A stretch of DNA of 21,067 nucleotides from Flectonema sp. DT1601. Taxonomy: Eukaryota. Below are positions 18,674-21,067 of the stretch, piece by piece. Under the pieces are notes generated by a model that saw nothing but the letters and a program-made list of their open reading frames with translations, was not told the origin of the DNA and made no database searches. Location: the NCBI GenBank assembly GCA_964019425.1, contig OZ025795.1, forward strand, positions 1,426,001 through 1,447,067, written 5' to 3'. A program made the translations under genes and the position numbers. The first letter of the stretch is position 1. Each line of letters opens with the position of its first letter.

Positions 18674-18793
18674 GCCTGCGGCCATACTCTGGTGAATGCA
18701 CCCCATCCCGCCCGATTTGGGAAGTTAAGCACCAGCAGGCCTGGTTAGTACTGCGGTGAGTGATCACGTGGGAACCCCGGGTGCTTGCAGGCT
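18674..18793 (+). rRNA. 5S rRNA (copy 21)
   Basis: Same sequence as copy 1. Confidence 0.97.
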
Positions 18794-18900
18794 TTTTCTC
18801 TTACTTCCCTACCCGCAAACAAGCATTTCTGTTAGTACTGGTTAGTAGTTCTAAAAGCCACACAATTTCTAATTACCCGGGGTAACTACTTTTTAAGGTT

Positions 18901-19011
18901 AACCAACGATTCTAAAGCTACAGTTTCTGTACTTTATTGGTACAGTCTCAATATCTAAGCTTGCTTAGAATATTTAGCCAACCTCTTAGGAAGAATTCTC
19001 TTCTTTTGGGG
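18901..19011 (+). ncRNA. SL RNA (copy 21)
   Basis: Same sequence as copy 1; followed by T8 instead of T7. Confidence 0.95.
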
Positions 19012-19297
19012 TTTTTTTTATTGCCCGTTCACCTCTGTTTGCCAAGCAGAGAAAATGAACGGGGACTTACCGTGCTTATCCTACTTTTATGTAGAAAATT
19101 TAATTTATATTATTTAATGTATTTTTCTTTTGGCTTTCCCCCCCGAAAGACGTAATTTTCGCCGCTCCTATGTTAATGTTAAAGCTAAGACCGAGCCCCG
19201 GAAGCTAAGACCCAGCCCCCACTCTGCTAATAAATCTTTTCTGCGAATTTTTTCATGGTGAGGGTCAAACCCCTAAGAAATAAAAAAATCTGCTATT

Positions 19298-19417
19298 GCC
19301 TGCGGCCATACTCTGGTGAATGCACCCCATCCCGCCCGATTTGGGAAGTTAAGCACCAGCAGGCCTGGTTAGTACTGCGGTGAGTGATCACGTGGGAACC
19401 CCGGGTGCTTGCAGGCT
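19298..19417 (+). rRNA. 5S rRNA (copy 22)
   Basis: Same sequence as copy 1. Confidence 0.97.
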
Positions 19418-19524
19418 TTTTCTCTTACTTCCCTACCCGCAAACAAGCATTTCTGTTAGTACTGGTTAGTAGTTCTAAAAGCCACACAATTTCTAATTAC
19501 CCGGGGTAACTACTTTTTAAGGTT

Positions 19525-19634
19525 AACCAACGATTCTAAAGCTACAGTTTCTGTACTTTATTGGTACAGTCTCAATATCTAAGCTTGCTTAGAATATTTA
19601 GCCAACCTCTTAGGAAGAATTCTCTTCTTTGGGG
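19525..19634 (+). ncRNA. SL RNA (copy 22)
   Basis: As copy 1 except one T missing in stem-loop III (about 19628-19630). Confidence 0.94.
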
Positions 19635-19918
19635 TTTTTTTATTGCCCGTTCACCTCTGTTTGCCAAGCAGAAGAAAATGAACGGGGACTTACCGTGCTT
19701 ATCCTACTTTTATGTAGAAAATTTAATTTATATTATTTAATGTATTTTTCTTTTGGCTTTCCCCCCGAAAGACGTAATTTTCGCCGCTCCTATGTTAATG
19801 TTAAAGCTAAGACCGAGCCCCGGAAGCTAAGACCCAGCCCCACTCTGCTAATAAATCTTTTCTGCGAATTTTTTCATGGTGAGGGTCAAACCCCTAAGAA
19901 ATAAAAAAATCTGCTATT

Positions 19919-20038
19919 GCCTGCGGCCATACTCTGGTGAATGCACCCCATCCCGCCCGATTTGGGAAGTTAAGCACCAGCAGGCCTGGTTAGTACTGCG
20001 GTGAGTGATCACGTGGGAACCCCGGGTGCTTGCAGGCT
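19919..20038 (+). rRNA. 5S rRNA (copy 23)
   Basis: Same sequence as copy 1. Confidence 0.97.
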
Positions 20039-20145
20039 TTTTCTCTTACTTCCCTACCCGCAAACAAGCATTTCTGTTAGTACTGGTTAGTAGTTCTAAA
20101 AGCCACACAATTTCTAATTACCCGGGGTAACTACTTTTTAAGGTT

Positions 20146-20256
20146 AACCAACGATTCTAAAGCTACAGTTTCTGTACTTTATTGGTACAGTCTCAATATC
20201 TAAGCTTGCTTAGAATATTTAGCCAACCTCTTAGGAAGAATTCTCTTCTTTTGGGG
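20146..20256 (+). ncRNA. SL RNA (copy 23)
   Basis: Same sequence as copy 1. Confidence 0.95.
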
Positions 20257-20541
20257 TTTTTTTATTGCCCGTTCACCTCTGTTTGCCAAGCAGAAGAAAA
20301 TGAACGGGGACTTACCGTGCTTATCCTACTTTTATGTAGAAAATTTAATTTATATTATTTAATGTATTTTTCTTTTGGCTTTCCCCCCCGAAAGACGTAA
20401 TTTTCGCCGCTCCTATGTTAATGTTAAAGCTAAGACCGAGCCCCGGAAGCTAAGACCCAGCCCCACTCTGCTAATAAATCTTTTCTGCGAATTTTTTCAT
20501 GGTGAGGGTCAAACCCCTAAGAAATAAAAAAATCTGCTATT

Positions 20542-20661
20542 GCCTGCGGCCATACTCTGGTGAATGCACCCCATCCCGCCCGATTTGGGAAGTTAAGCAC
20601 CAGCAGGCCTGGTTAGTACTGCGGTGAGTGATCACGTGGGAACCCCGGGTGCTTGCAGGCT
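20542..20661 (+). rRNA. 5S rRNA (copy 24)
   Basis: Same sequence as copy 1. Confidence 0.97.
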
Positions 20662-20768
20662 TTTTCTCTTACTTCCCTACCCGCAAACAAGCATTTCTGT
20701 TAGTACTGGTTAGTAGTTCTAAAAGCCACACAATTTCTAATTACCCGGGGTAACTACTTTTTAAGGTT

Positions 20769-20879
20769 AACCAACGATTCTAAAGCTACAGTTTCTGTAC
20801 TTTATTGGTACAGTCTCAATATCTAAGCTTGCTTAGAATATTTAGCCAACCTCTTAGGAAGAATTCTCTTCTTTTGGGG
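20769..20879 (+). ncRNA. SL RNA (copy 24)
   Basis: Same sequence as copy 1. Confidence 0.95.
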
Positions 20880-21067
20880 TTTTTTTATTGCCCGTTCACC
20901 TCTGTTTGCCAAGCAGAAGAAAATGAACGGGGACTTACCGTGCTTATCCTACTTTTATGTAGAAAATTTAATTTATATTATTTAATGTATTTTTCTTTTG
21001 GCTTTCCCCCCCGAAAGACGTAATTTTCGCCGCTCCTATGTTAATGTTAAAGCTAAGACCGAGCCCC

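Larger units (their letters stand above)
6057..21067 (+). repeat. Tandem array of a 623-bp 5S rRNA + SL RNA unit (24 complete units plus a partial unit, running off the window)
   Basis: The identical 72-aa shadow ORF recurs every 623 bp. Homology starts at CCCCGAAAGACG (6057). Only single-base indels in runs were seen (unit 1 and units 19-22). Confidence 0.99.

Noticed and set aside
6477..21023. Repeated 72-aa ORF (MVQSQYLSLL...) and its 90-91-aa variants as a multicopy protein gene
   Set aside because: It starts at a TTG that is the last three bases of the SL exon and runs through the SL intron and T-tracts. It has no protein-like features and is broken or shifted by the indels.
6057..21067. 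CRISPR-like repeat-spacer array
   Set aside because: The whole 623-bp unit is repeated with no variable spacers, the context is eukaryotic and no cas genes are present.

Overview
Eukaryotic genomic DNA, most likely from a diplonemid (Euglenozoa). Bases 1-6056 are a single-copy flank. They contain the 3' end of a divergent SMC-family ATPase gene, a decayed ORF of unknown origin, a gene for a ubiquitin-like domain fused to about 15 BspA-like leucine-rich repeats, a possible Helitron-like terminus and a 755-bp MITE with perfect terminal inverted repeats and TA flanks. From 6057 to the end of the window lies a head-to-tail array of a 623-bp unit (24 complete units plus a partial one). Each unit carries a 5S rRNA gene and, 227 nt downstream (start to start) on the same strand, a spliced-leader (SL) RNA gene with a 39-nt exon AACCAACGATTCTAAAGCTACAGTTTCTGTACTTTATTG followed by a GT donor. 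The repeated 72-aa ORF in the track is a spurious shadow of the SL gene. 5S-SL linkage is a known arrangement in euglenozoans. The less expected observations are: duplicated 5S-internal-promoter-like words in the spacers, one at the position expected for the SL promoter; an extra hairpin after the SL T-tract; a non-canonical candidate Sm site; and an array boundary that forms an imperfect palindrome with a dispersed 29-bp motif also found at 1239-1267. All calls were made by eye; no searches or folding programs were run.
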